DNA of 64,000 nucleotides. Source: Nocardioides sp. (lineage in GTDB: Bacteria > Actinomycetota > Actinomycetes > Propionibacteriales > Nocardioidaceae). This document shows, one piece after another, positions 18,350-27,809 of this stretch; positions within the stretch are counted from its first letter, which is position 1; the number at the start of each line of letters is the position of its first letter. A program made the position numbers and the translations under genes. Under the pieces are notes generated by a model. That model was not told the origin of the DNA and ran no database searches. It saw nothing but the letters and a program-made list of their open reading frames with translations. The stretch lies in contig NZ_JAWKJQ010000006.1 of NCBI RefSeq assembly GCF_041393715.1, positions 76,680 to 140,679 of the forward strand. Reading direction: 5' to 3'.

Positions 18350-20671
18350 TCAGCCGACGACCCGCACCCGGACCCGCACCACGTCGCGGATGCCGTCGCC
18401 CACCGGGTTGTGGACGGCGTGCAGGGACCAGGTGGCGACCTGGCCGACCGTGGCCTTGGCGCCGGCCTTGACGGTCAGCCGGACGGTGCGTGAGGCGCCG
18501 GGAGCGACGTCGAGGAGGGAGTAGGTCCCGGCGGCGACCTGGGGGGTGATGGCGGTGCCTCCGGCGGTCCAGCGCCGGGTCAGCCCGGAGGTGCTCGACC
18601 TCGCCTCCGCGAGCGACCAGCGGTCGACGGCGTCCCCGTCGTTGGTGATCCGCACGGTGAAGGTCCGCTTCGCGCCGCGCTTCAGCGAGACCTGGACGGT
18701 CTGTCCGGACCCGGTGGTGTTGTAGACGTCGTCACCCAGATAGCTCCCGCTGCCGACCCGGACCTCCGCGTCCGGCCGGTAGGTCGGCGTGGGCGTCGGC
18801 GTGGGCGTCGGGGTCGGCGTCGGCGTGGGCGTCGGGGTCGGCGCGGGTCCGGGGTCCGCCGACTCGAGGGCGTCGCCCAGCGTCGTGCGGGCCCGGTCGA
18901 GGTCGGCCTGGCCGAAGGTGGTGGAGAAGGCGACGGCGTCGAGGTTGCCGCCGAGCAGGCTCAGCGCCGTGGAGCGGGCCAGCGCCGCGGTGTCGGCGTG
19001 GGCGGCGGCGAGCCGGAGGTACTCGTAGTCCTCCCGGCCGTCGCGCAGGCGCTTGAGCCGGATCGACTCGATCGGGATGTCGGTGCTGCCGCCGATGCAG
19101 CCCGGCCCGGTGCCGGGAGGGCAGGCGCGGCCGGGGTAGAACAGCGTGCCGTCGCCGTTCATGCCGGACTCGTAGAGGCAGTTGCTGCCGCCGGCGCCGC
19201 AGTCGTTCCAGGCCTGGCCGAGGCGGTAGTCGACGCCCCAGTAGAGCTCGCCGGTGGCGCCGAGGAGGAAGGCGGTCCACGGCATCGCCCGGGCCTGGGA
19301 GGCGGGCTGGTCGATGCCGTAGCCCGCCCACCCGTCGTAGAAGGGGTCGTTCCAGCCCGGGTCGCCCGGGTTGTTGCAGGCGGCCGCCTCGCAGGAGTTG
19401 TAGATCCAGACCTTGTTGGCCTGGCCGTCGCCGGTCGCGGCCGCCCAGCCGTCGTACGACGGCCGCTGGTTGCCCTGGAAGGCGCCGTTGCGGCCATCGA
19501 GCATCCGGGCCAGGACCACCATGTCGTCGACCCAGGAGTCGGCGCCGTTGGCCTTGGCGTAGGGCAGCGGGGTGGTGACCAGCTCTCGCATCCCCCGGGA
19601 CTGGGCGACGGCGTGGTGGTCCGCGCAGGCGGCCCAGTTGGCGGCGCTCTGGTTGGGCTCGTCGCAGGTGTAGTAGGAGAGGCGGTCGGCGAAGCCGTCG
19701 GCCGTGGCCTCGCTCTTCCACGCGTCGAGACAGGCGGCCTGGCAGTAGTGCCAGAGGACGAGGTTGGTGGCCTTGGCACCGGGCAGCCGGATCGGGCTCC
19801 CGACGGACGCGGGAGCGGGCGTGCCGTTGAGGATCGGCAGCACCTGCTGGCGCCAGCTGGTCCGCATCGCCCCGGACAGCGCGGCGCCCCGGTCGATCTG
19901 CCAGGGGGTGGCCAGGGTGACCCGGTTCTCCAGCGCGACCCGCTCGTAGACGGCGGAGAGCCTGTTGGCCTCGTCCACGTCGCCGTGGCAGGTCCCGGAG
20001 CCGGTGTGGACCTGGCACTGCTTGGTGGGCTCGGTCAGGAAGACGCTCTCCAGCGAGGAGGTCGACGGCAGCACCACGTTGCGCACCCTGACCGTCAGGG
20101 GGACGGTGCCGATCGTGGTGGCGCCGTCCTTGATCGTCAGGCTGCCGGTGTAGGTGTCCGGCGCCTGGTCGCGGGCGGCGAGGACGTCGACCCACAGGAC
20201 GGCGCGGCCCTGGGCGGGCACGGCCGCGCCGAACGCGGCCCGCTTCTCGCCGTAGATCGGGTCGACCTGGGGGACCAGCGCGTCGGGCCACCGCCCGACC
20301 GTGGACTCACCGTCGCTGAGGTGGTCGGCGGAGACCGCGTAGTACTGCTCCCGATATACCGTGAGCGCGCTCGCCGGGAGCGTCCCGCCGCGGGCGCCGG
20401 TCAGGTCGGAGGTCTCGACCTCGAGGCGACCGATCCCGGCGCCGTCGGCGCGGACGGCGACCTGGAAGGACTCGAACTCGTTGCGGGCGACGGTCACGTC
20501 GGCGGCCGACGGGCCGCCCGGCGTCGCGTCGTCGGCCTTGAGGGTGACCAACGGGCCGAGCACGGTGAGGCTCGACGCGGCGGCCTGCGCGGCGGTCGCC
20601 GAGACGACGGCGACCAGGGTCGCGGTGACCGAGGTGGCGAGGGCGAGAGCGGCGGCGCGGCCGAGGTGCAT
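18350..20671 (-). CDS. Secreted DUF4091/GH123-like putative glycoside hydrolase with Pro-Thr linker and C-terminal beta-rich module
   Basis: Signal peptide; ARNEFESFQV, YYTCDEP, GELYW, GDGTLFYPG, SIRLKRLRDGREDYEY; (PT)n linker. Confidence 0.72.
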   Translation of the reverse strand: MHLGRAAALALATSVTATLVAVVSATAAQAAASSLTVLGPLVTLKADDATPGGPSAADVTVARNEFESFQVAVRADGAGIGRLEVETSDLTGARGGTLPASALTVYREQYYAVSADHLSDGESTVGRWPDALVPQVDPIYGEKRAAFGAAVPAQGRAVLWVDVLAARDQAPDTYTGSLTIKDGATTIGTVPLTVRVRNVVLPSTSSLESVFLTEPTKQCQVHTGSGTCHGDVDEANRLSAVYERVALENRVTLATPWQIDRGAALSGAMRTSWRQQVLPILNGTPAPASVGSPIRLPGAKATNLVLWHYCQAACLDAWKSEATADGFADRLSYYTCDEPNQSAANWAACADHHAVAQSRGMRELVTTPLPYAKANGADSWVDDMVVLARMLDGRNGAFQGNQRPSYDGWAAATGDGQANKVWIYNSCEAAACNNPGDPGWNDPFYDGWAGYGIDQPASQARAMPWTAFLLGATGELYWGVDYRLGQAWNDCGAGGSNCLYESGMNGDGTLFYPGRACPPGTGPGCIGGSTDIPIESIRLKRLRDGREDYEYLRLAAAHADTAALARSTALSLLGGNLDAVAFSTTFGQADLDRARTTLGDALESADPGPAPTPTPTPTPTPTPTPTPTPTYRPDAEVRVGSGSYLGDDVYNTTGSGQTVQVSLKRGAKRTFTVRITNDGDAVDRWSLAEARSSTSGLTRRWTAGGTAITPQVAAGTYSLLDVAPGASRTVRLTVKAGAKATVGQVATWSLHAVHNPVGDGIRDVVRVRVRVVG

Positions 20672-20715
20672 CGAGGACTCCTTCGTCGGGCCCCCTGTGG
20701 TGGGCCGGTGGAAGG

Positions 20716-20748
20716 AGGTTCGCGCCCGCCGCTTAGCGACGGCTTAGC
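20716..20748 (-). promoter_or_regulatory. SARP-type operator/promoter 2
   Basis: GCTAAGC-N4-GCTAAGC-N9-GAACCT on the minus strand. Confidence 0.75.
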
Positions 20749-20763
20749 GCTCGGGGGACGGGC

Positions 20764-22254
20764 TCAGCGGCCCACCCACCGCGAGGTGCCGGTGGTCCGC
20801 ACCACCATCAGGACGTCGGGAGCACCGGAGACGTTGGCGATGTTGCGACTGCTCCCGGCAAGACCGCGACGGTCGACGCAGGCGACCTCGCCGCTGGGCG
20901 GCCGGCCGCTGCTCGTGCACGCCTTGACGACGCGGTAGGGCTTGGACCCGGACTTGCGGAGGATCTTCACGTTCCACCAGCGCTTGCCGCCCAGGACGCT
21001 GGCGTCGAAGCGCATCCGGATCAGCGCGGGCCGCGCCGGGGTGGCCTTCAGGGAGCTCGCGTGCACCGTGAACGGGAAGCCCAGGTCGGCGCCGCTGGAG
21101 GTGGACCCGAGCTTGCGGACGACCACCCGGGCGCCGTTGGTGTCGATGGTCGGGACCCGCAGCTCGGCACTCTGCGGGAAGTCCGGTGTCGTCGACGGCA
21201 CGCACGCGGGATCGTCGGGCTGGACGCAGGCCCCGGTGCCGTACGTCGACCCGCCGGCCACCTGCGCGGCCTGCACCGGCCCGGTCGGCAGCAGCAGCGT
21301 GCCCGAGGCCACCGAGGCAGTGCCCGGGGTCGGCTGGGAGTAGCTCGCGGTGACGAGGGAGAGGCCGGTCCCGCCGCTCTTGCGGATCAGGCCCTGGTTG
21401 ACCAGCCTGCTCAGCGTCGCGATGCCGGTGTCGGCCTCGATCTTGCCCTCGAGGTAGCCGCCGTCGCCTTCGAAGCGCAGCGTGCCGGTGCCCGGGGCCG
21501 CCGTCCGATGCGGGCGGAGCGCCAGCCGGGTGCCGTGGTCGGCCGCGAGGTAGGCGCCCGCGCCGACCCGCACCAGCCCGCGGGCCACGACGACCGTCTG
21601 GTCCCCGATGTTGACGCCGCCGCCGCGGACGTCGACCACCCCACGGTCGTCGACCTCGAGGTGGAAGGTGTCGCCGGCCACCGGCGTCGGGACGGGCGAG
21701 GTGCAGGTCTCCTCGCCGGGATAGCTCACCCCCGGGGTGCTGTCGTAGGCACAGTCGCGGGTGAGCAGCGTCGCGGCGGAGCTGACGTCGTGCTCCAGGA
21801 CCAGCGTGCCCTTCACATGGAGCTTGGAGACGCCACCGAGCGTGCCGCCGACCACCTCCAGCCGGCCGTTGCTGCGCACGAGCGAGTCGGCGTCGGACGA
21901 CTGGTCGCCGTAGAGGAAGAGCTTGCCGCCCGGGTCGACGTGCACGGTGGCACCGCCGGCGATGTCGAGGGTGGTGACATGGCCCTCCTGGCCGGCGGCG
22001 ATCCGGGGCAGGCCGCCGCTGGGGATGCACACGTCCGGGTCGCCGCCGTGGAGCGGCGCACCGTCGCTCCAGTTGGCGTCGGTCTCCCAGTCGTCGGTGG
22101 TGCCCGGACCGACGCCGAGCCCCTGCCAGGTGTTGACCGTCGGCGCCAGCTGGCACAGGCCGGGCAGCGCGGACGTCGGGGCCGCCTCGGCTCCGGACAG
22201 CAGCGATCCGCCCAGCAGCAGCGTGACGACGGCAGCGGTGAGCACACGCCTCAT
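20764..22254 (-). CDS. Hypothetical secreted protein
   Basis: Signal peptide MRRVLTAAVV...AEA; W..DANWS..P...D.V.I-like N-terminus, beta-rich body, several Cys; TAGACT -10 at 22305-22310; start may be 22272. Confidence 0.72.
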   Translation of the reverse strand: MRRVLTAAVVTLLLGGSLLSGAEAAPTSALPGLCQLAPTVNTWQGLGVGPGTTDDWETDANWSDGAPLHGGDPDVCIPSGGLPRIAAGQEGHVTTLDIAGGATVHVDPGGKLFLYGDQSSDADSLVRSNGRLEVVGGTLGGVSKLHVKGTLVLEHDVSSAATLLTRDCAYDSTPGVSYPGEETCTSPVPTPVAGDTFHLEVDDRGVVDVRGGGVNIGDQTVVVARGLVRVGAGAYLAADHGTRLALRPHRTAAPGTGTLRFEGDGGYLEGKIEADTGIATLSRLVNQGLIRKSGGTGLSLVTASYSQPTPGTASVASGTLLLPTGPVQAAQVAGGSTYGTGACVQPDDPACVPSTTPDFPQSAELRVPTIDTNGARVVVRKLGSTSSGADLGFPFTVHASSLKATPARPALIRMRFDASVLGGKRWWNVKILRKSGSKPYRVVKACTSSGRPPSGEVACVDRRGLAGSSRNIANVSGAPDVLMVVRTTGTSRWVGR

Positions 22255-22332
22255 CGGCAGGACCCTTCCCATGCGCGGCCCCCCACGGGCCAAACCAGGG
22301 CGCGAGTCTAAGCCAGCCGCTAGCGTTCGGCC

Positions 22333-25266
22333 ATGGAGATCCGGCTACTCGGACCGCTCGAGGTGGCGGTCGGCGACCGGATCGTCCCGCTGGGCTCCCC
22401 CCGGCAGCGCGCCGTCTTCGCGATGCTGGCCCTGGCCGCGCCCGAGGTCGTCTCGACCGACCGGTTCGTGGACGGCCTGTGGGGGGAGGACCCGCCGGCC
22501 AACCCGACGGCCGCCCTCCAGGTGTTCGTCCACGGCCTCCGCAAGGCGCTCAAGGCCGAGGCGCTGGACGGGTTGGTGACCCGCGAGCACACGGGCTACC
22601 GCCTGTCGGTCCCGGCCGACTCGACGGACATCGGCCGGGCCTCGGCGCTCCACGACGCCGCCCGCCGGGCCCGCGACGCCGGCGACCTGGGCTCAGCCGC
22701 GGCCGCCCTCTCGGAGGCACGGTCCCTCTGGCGCGGACCGGCGCTCGCCGACGTCCGGGCCACCCCGTTCGCCGAGCCCGAGGCGGTCCGCCTCGACGAG
22801 CTGCGCCTGCTGGTGGAGGAGGACTACGTCGACGCCCAGCTGGCGCTGGGCCAGCACACCTCGCTGGTCGACCCGCTCAGCAGCGCGGTCAACGAGCACC
22901 CGATGCGTGAGCGGTTCTGGGGCCAGCTGATGACCGCGCTCTATCGCTCCGACCGCCAGGCCGACGCGCTGGCGACCTATGCCCGGGCCCGCGAGCGACT
23001 CGCCGACGAGCTCGGCATCGACCCCGGCCAGGCGCTCCAGCAGCTCGAGCTGGCGATCCTTCGCCAGGACCCCTCGATCGCCCCGCCCACGCCGGAGGCA
23101 CCCGCGGTGGTCACGCCGCGCTCCCCCAGCCGGATCCCCCGGCCGGCGACGCCGACGTTCGGCCGCGACGAGCTCGTGGCCGACGTACGCCGGCTGCTGC
23201 GGCGCGACGAGGTGCGTGTCGTGAGCCTCACCGGGCCCGGCGGGTCGGGCAAGTCCCGGCTGGCGGCGCTCGCCGCGCTGGCCGCCGAGGACGACTTCGC
23301 GGGCGGGGTCGTCCACCTCGCGCTGACCGAGCGCACCGAGGCCGACCAGGTCCTGGCCGAGCTGGCGCTCGCGCTGACCGGCGGCGACGACCTGTCCGGG
23401 CTCGACGGACTCGACCTCGATGCGCTGGTGGTGCTCGACAACCTGGAGTCGGTGGCGGCCGCGCACGACCTGGTCACCGAGCTGGTCGACCGCGCCACCG
23501 GACCGACGGTGCTGGTCACCAGCCGGTTGCCGCTGCGGATCCGCGCCGAGCACGACGTGTCGGTGCCGCCGCTCGAGGTCCCCGCACCCGGCGCCACCGA
23601 GGCCGAGGTGCTGGCGGCGCCGGCCGTGGCGATGTTCCTCGACCGGGCGCACGCGGTCGCCCCCGACACACCCCTCGACGACCGGCTCGACGACGTCGCC
23701 GACCTGTGTCGCTTCCTCGACGGGTTCCCGCTGGCCCTCGAGCTGGCGGCCGCCCAGGTGCGACTGCTCACCCCCGCCGACATCCGGGCAGCACTGGAGC
23801 GCGACCTCGGCGCCCTGCAGGCCCGCGGGGTCGACGTACCCGAACGGCAGCGGACGCTGGCCGCGACCATCGAGTGGAGCTATGACCGGCTCGACCCGCC
23901 GGCCAGACGGGTGGTCGACCGGCTGGCGCTCTTCGAGCGCAGCTTCACCCTGGAGGCGATCGAAGCCGTCTGCGACGACGTCCCCGACGTCCTGGGTGCG
24001 CTCGCCCAGGTGGTGGAGGCCCGCCTGGTGCGGCCCGCCGAGTCGCGGGTGGAGGTGCGGTTCGTCGCCCTCGGCACGGTGCGCGCCTTCGCACGGGCCC
24101 GGCTGCAGGAGCACGACGACACCGCCGACTGGGCCGCCCTGTCCGAGCACCTGCGAGACCGGGTGACCGCCTGGAGCGAGGAGATCGACGGACCGAGCGG
24201 CACCGCCGTGCTCGGCCGCTACGACGACACCGCGGCCGACCTCGACGCCGCCCTCGACCGCGCCCGCGACGAGGGCGAGCTCGACCTCGCCGTCGCGCTG
24301 GCCGAGCTCCTCACCGACTTCTGGATCGCCTCCGGCCGCCTCAGCGACGGGCTGCGGCGGGTCACCGGGCTGCTCGAGGCGACGGAGCTCACCGACACCG
24401 CGCGCGCCACGCTCCACCTGGTGGCCGGCAAGCTGGCCTACCACCTCACCGACTGGGGTCGCACCGCCGAGGAGTGCCGGGCGGCCATCGCACTGACCGA
24501 GGACCCCCGGCTGCTCGCCGACGCCCGCTGTCATCTGGGGGCGGCCCTGGTGGTGACCGGCGACCCGGAGCAGGGGACCGCCCTCGCGCAGGAGGCGCTG
24601 AGCGCCGCCGAGGCCCTGGGGGACTACCGGATCACCGTGGTCGCCCTGTCGATGCTGGCCATCGGATGTGCCGTGCGCGGCGACCTGGCCGGGGAGCGTG
24701 GCTACTACGAACGGCGACTCGCCGTGGTCGGCGACCGCGGCGACGCCGCGCGCCTGGCCGACACCCTCAACACCCTCGCCGAGATCGCCCTCGACGACGG
24801 CGACGCCGCCACGGCCCGGGCCTATGCCTCGGAGTCGGTGGGCATCGCCGGCACCGCGCTGCCGCTGGAGCGTCGGGACGCGACGATCAGCCTGGCGCGG
24901 GCGGCGGCCGTCGAGTCCGATCCCGTCGAGCTCGCCGAGCATCTGCGGGTGGCGACCGAGCTGTCGGACCGCACCGGCCAGGCGCTGGCGGTCGCGCAGT
25001 GCCTGCGGGTCGGCGGCTGCCTGGCGGTCCTCAGCGACGAGCAGCCGCTCGCCGTCCGCGCGTTCGCCGCGGCGCAGCGCCTGTCGCCCTCGCCGTCCGG
25101 CACCGACGAACCCCTCGAGACCGACCTCGCGGCCCGCCTCGCGCAGGCACGGGCGGCCGTCGGGGAACATGCCGCCCGGGAGTGGACGCTGGGCGCCACC
25201 CTCCCGCTCCGGTCGACCCGAGACGGCATCGACGCCCTCGTGGCCCGGACACTAAGCGGCCACTAA
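22333..25266 (+). CDS. AfsR/SARP-family regulator 1 (winged HTH + BTAD + NB-ARC-type ATPase + TPR)
   Basis: IRLLGPLEV, HPMRERFWGQLMTALYRSDRQADAL, GPGGSGKS, LVVLDNLE, LDGFPLALELAAA; TAGCGT -10 6 nt before ATG. Confidence 0.92.
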   Translation: MEIRLLGPLEVAVGDRIVPLGSPRQRAVFAMLALAAPEVVSTDRFVDGLWGEDPPANPTAALQVFVHGLRKALKAEALDGLVTREHTGYRLSVPADSTDIGRASALHDAARRARDAGDLGSAAAALSEARSLWRGPALADVRATPFAEPEAVRLDELRLLVEEDYVDAQLALGQHTSLVDPLSSAVNEHPMRERFWGQLMTALYRSDRQADALATYARARERLADELGIDPGQALQQLELAILRQDPSIAPPTPEAPAVVTPRSPSRIPRPATPTFGRDELVADVRRLLRRDEVRVVSLTGPGGSGKSRLAALAALAAEDDFAGGVVHLALTERTEADQVLAELALALTGGDDLSGLDGLDLDALVVLDNLESVAAAHDLVTELVDRATGPTVLVTSRLPLRIRAEHDVSVPPLEVPAPGATEAEVLAAPAVAMFLDRAHAVAPDTPLDDRLDDVADLCRFLDGFPLALELAAAQVRLLTPADIRAALERDLGALQARGVDVPERQRTLAATIEWSYDRLDPPARRVVDRLALFERSFTLEAIEAVCDDVPDVLGALAQVVEARLVRPAESRVEVRFVALGTVRAFARARLQEHDDTADWAALSEHLRDRVTAWSEEIDGPSGTAVLGRYDDTAADLDAALDRARDEGELDLAVALAELLTDFWIASGRLSDGLRRVTGLLEATELTDTARATLHLVAGKLAYHLTDWGRTAEECRAAIALTEDPRLLADARCHLGAALVVTGDPEQGTALAQEALSAAEALGDYRITVVALSMLAIGCAVRGDLAGERGYYERRLAVVGDRGDAARLADTLNTLAEIALDDGDAATARAYASESVGIAGTALPLERRDATISLARAAAVESDPVELAEHLRVATELSDRTGQALAVAQCLRVGGCLAVLSDEQPLAVRAFAAAQRLSPSPSGTDEPLETDLAARLAQARAAVGEHAAREWTLGATLPLRSTRDGIDALVARTLSGH

Positions 25267-25283
25267 GCCTGGTCACCCAGGCT
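25251..25283 (+). promoter_or_regulatory. SARP-type operator/promoter 3, overlapping the regulator stop codon
   Basis: ACTAAGC-N4-ACTAAGC-N9-CAGGCT; TAA stop 25264-25266 lies inside repeat 2. Confidence 0.75.
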
Positions 25284-25324
25284 CTCCTCACCGGGCCCGC
25301 CGGGCCCCACCCCGAGGAGAGCTC

Positions 25325-26791
25325 ATGAGCACGCCCGCCCCCCTTCGCCTGTCCGCGGCCGCGGCCGGACTCGTCTGCGCCGCCCTGCTCGGCACCGCCG
25401 GCGCGTCGCACGCCGACGGCGCCGGCCCGGCGCCGCAGCGCACCCAGGGAGCCGCACAGGCGGGTGCGAAGGCCGCTGCCGCCGAGTCGCCGACCGGTCG
25501 GGCTGCGGCGTTCGACCAGGTGACCCGCCTGGCCCGGCGACACGGCACCGTGACGGTGACGATCATCCTCGCCGAGGCTCCGACCCGGGCGCCCGACGCC
25601 GGGGTGCGCTCCCGGCTCACCGACCAGGCGTCCGCCGGACGGGCGGCCGCACTCCGGGCGCTGGACGGACCCACCGGCACCAGCAGCGTCCCCGGCGCCC
25701 CGGCGATGACGGCCACGGTCGACGCCGCCGACCTGGCCGCTCTGCGCCGCGAGCCGGCCGTGCTGTCCATCGCCCGCAACATCGACTTCCGGGCCGCCGG
25801 CACCACGACCTTCGGCATCCAGGACGGCGTGCAGCTGCCCCGGTGGTGGCACCTGAAGAAGATGGGCCTCGACTGGACCTACGCCCACGGCTACAACGGC
25901 GCCGGCCAGCGGATCGTGGTGGTCGACAGCGGCGTCGACTACACCCACCCCTGGCTGCAGGGCCACGTCGTCGACGGCGCCTGCTTCTCCTCCGACGGCT
26001 GCGGGAACGGACTGTTCTACGCCTACGGCATCCAGGCCGGGAAGAACTGCACCTACGCCGTCAGCTGCGCCCACGGCACCCACGTCGCCCAGACCGCGGC
26101 CGGCAAGTACGGCGCCGCGCGCTCGGCCGGCATCGTCGCGATCAACGCCAGCCACCGCAGCGCCAGCGGCCGGCCCACCTACGGCACCGCCGACCTGATC
26201 AACGCCCTGTGGTACTCCTACTACTACGTCAGCCCGGCCCCGGCCGCCGTCAACCTGAGCATCGGCGGCAGCACGACCTACGCCACCACCTGCGACAGCA
26301 CGAACCAGCCGCTCGCCGACTGGATCACCGCGCTGCGCAGCCGCGGGACGGCCACGGTGATCGCCGCCGGCAACAGCAACTCCTCGACCGGGGTGAGCTA
26401 CCCCGCCTGCATGAGCCGCGCGGTCGTGGTCGGCAACGCGACGCTCACCAGCGCCACCGGGAGGCCCGCGGTGCTCGGCGGCCGGGCCGGGGCCTCCAAC
26501 AGCAACCGGCTGGTCGACCTGTGGGCGCCCGGCACCGACATCTGCTCGGCCGTCCCGACGAGCCTCGACGTCGACGGGACGCGTGACGGGGCCGACTGCA
26601 GCTGGTACGGCACCTCGATGGCCGCTCCCCAGGTCAGCGGCGCGTTCGCGGTGCTGAAGGCGGCACGGCCGTCGTACTCGGTGAACCAGAGCCTCTCGGC
26701 CTTCGTCCGCAACGGCCTGGCGATCACCGACTCCCGCAACGGCGTCACCCGATCGATGGTCAACGTCGCCAACGCGGTGTACTACGGCTGA
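25325..26791 (+). CDS. Secreted subtilisin-like serine protease (S8)
   Basis: Signal and pro-region; catalytic triad VVDSG, HGTHVA, GTSMAAP; oxyanion AAGN. Confidence 0.92.
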   Translation: MSTPAPLRLSAAAAGLVCAALLGTAGASHADGAGPAPQRTQGAAQAGAKAAAAESPTGRAAAFDQVTRLARRHGTVTVTIILAEAPTRAPDAGVRSRLTDQASAGRAAALRALDGPTGTSSVPGAPAMTATVDAADLAALRREPAVLSIARNIDFRAAGTTTFGIQDGVQLPRWWHLKKMGLDWTYAHGYNGAGQRIVVVDSGVDYTHPWLQGHVVDGACFSSDGCGNGLFYAYGIQAGKNCTYAVSCAHGTHVAQTAAGKYGAARSAGIVAINASHRSASGRPTYGTADLINALWYSYYYVSPAPAAVNLSIGGSTTYATTCDSTNQPLADWITALRSRGTATVIAAGNSNSSTGVSYPACMSRAVVVGNATLTSATGRPAVLGGRAGASNSNRLVDLWAPGTDICSAVPTSLDVDGTRDGADCSWYGTSMAAPQVSGAFAVLKAARPSYSVNQSLSAFVRNGLAITDSRNGVTRSMVNVANAVYYG

Positions 26792-26858
26792 CCGGAGTTC
26801 GCGCCCGGCGCGGTGCGGGATCACCGTTGCCGCCCCGGGCGCGGATAGGGTCCACCCC

Positions 26859-27809
26859 GTGGTGGGTGGCTACGTCGTCGCGACCGGTGGCATCGCGCTG
26901 GACCTGAAGGCCAGGGCCAACGCCGCGCTGGTGCGCGGCAGCAGCAACCGCGGCCGGCTGACCCGATGCCCGGGTGGGGTGGCCCGCAACATCGCCGAGA
27001 ACCTCGCCCGGCTGGGCACCCCGGTGCACCTGGTGGGTGCCGTCGGCGACGACCCCCTCGGGGCGGAGCTGGTCGAGCAGACCCGGGCAGCGGGGGTGAC
27101 CGTGGTCCCGGTCGGCCAGCGGGAGCTGACCGGCACCTACACCGCGATGCTCGACGAGAACGGCGAGCTGGTCGCCGGGGTCGCCGACCTGTCCGCGACC
27201 GAGGGACTGGCTCCCGACGACCTGGCCGTGATGCTGCCGTTGGTGGCCGGCGCCGCGCTCCTGGTCGCCGATGCCAACCTGCCGGTGTCGTTCCTGCACA
27301 ACCTGGTGGTTCGAGCGCGCGACGCCCGGGTCCCGGTGGTGCTGGACCCGGTGAGCGTGCCCAAGGCCGACCGGGTCTCGGCGGTGCTCGACCCGCGGCA
27401 CCCGGTGCTGCTGGTGAGCCCCAACCGCGACGAGCTCGGCGCGCTGACCGGGCACTCCACCGGGTCACGCTCGGAGCTGGTCGGCGCGGCGCGACGGCTG
27501 TGCGCGATGGGCGCCGAGAACGTCTGGGTGCGGCTCGGCGCCGACGGGTCGCTGCTGGTGCCGCGGGCCGACGAGCCGGTGCCCCTCGGCGCCCACAAGG
27601 TGACGGTCGTCGACGTCACCGGTGGCGGCGACGCGATGCTGGCGGGGCTGATCCACCGATGGCTGCTCGGCGACCCGCTGGCCGAGGCCGCGGCCTACGG
27701 ACAGGCGGTCGCGGCGCTGACCGTCGCGCGCGAGGAGACGGTGCGGCCCGACCTCGGGCCCGACCTGGTCGAGGCCCAGCTGGCCAGGCCCGTCGGGCGG
27801 TGGCGATGA
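26859..27809 (+). CDS. psuK: PfkB-family kinase, probably pseudouridine kinase
   Basis: GGVARNIAENLARLG, SPNRDEL, DVTGGGD; coupled to psuG; TAGGGT -10 7 nt before GTG. Confidence 0.8.
   Translation: MVGGYVVATGGIALDLKARANAALVRGSSNRGRLTRCPGGVARNIAENLARLGTPVHLVGAVGDDPLGAELVEQTRAAGVTVVPVGQRELTGTYTAMLDENGELVAGVADLSATEGLAPDDLAVMLPLVAGAALLVADANLPVSFLHNLVVRARDARVPVVLDPVSVPKADRVSAVLDPRHPVLLVSPNRDELGALTGHSTGSRSELVGAARRLCAMGAENVWVRLGADGSLLVPRADEPVPLGAHKVTVVDVTGGGDAMLAGLIHRWLLGDPLAEAAAYGQAVAALTVAREETVRPDLGPDLVEAQLARPVGRWR

Noticed and set aside
18786-18845. Short tandem DNA repeats (also 7360-7435 and 57400-57445)
   Set aside because: They simply encode Pro/Thr, Pro/Asp and EAPG low-complexity linkers.
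22292-22326. Sixth full SARP box in the divergent promoter
   Set aside because: The half-sites are one base out of register and no N9-ANNNT follows on either strand.
22333-26791. Antibiotic biosynthetic cluster implied by SARP genes
   Set aside because: No PKS, NRPS, RiPP or tailoring genes are near either regulator in this window.
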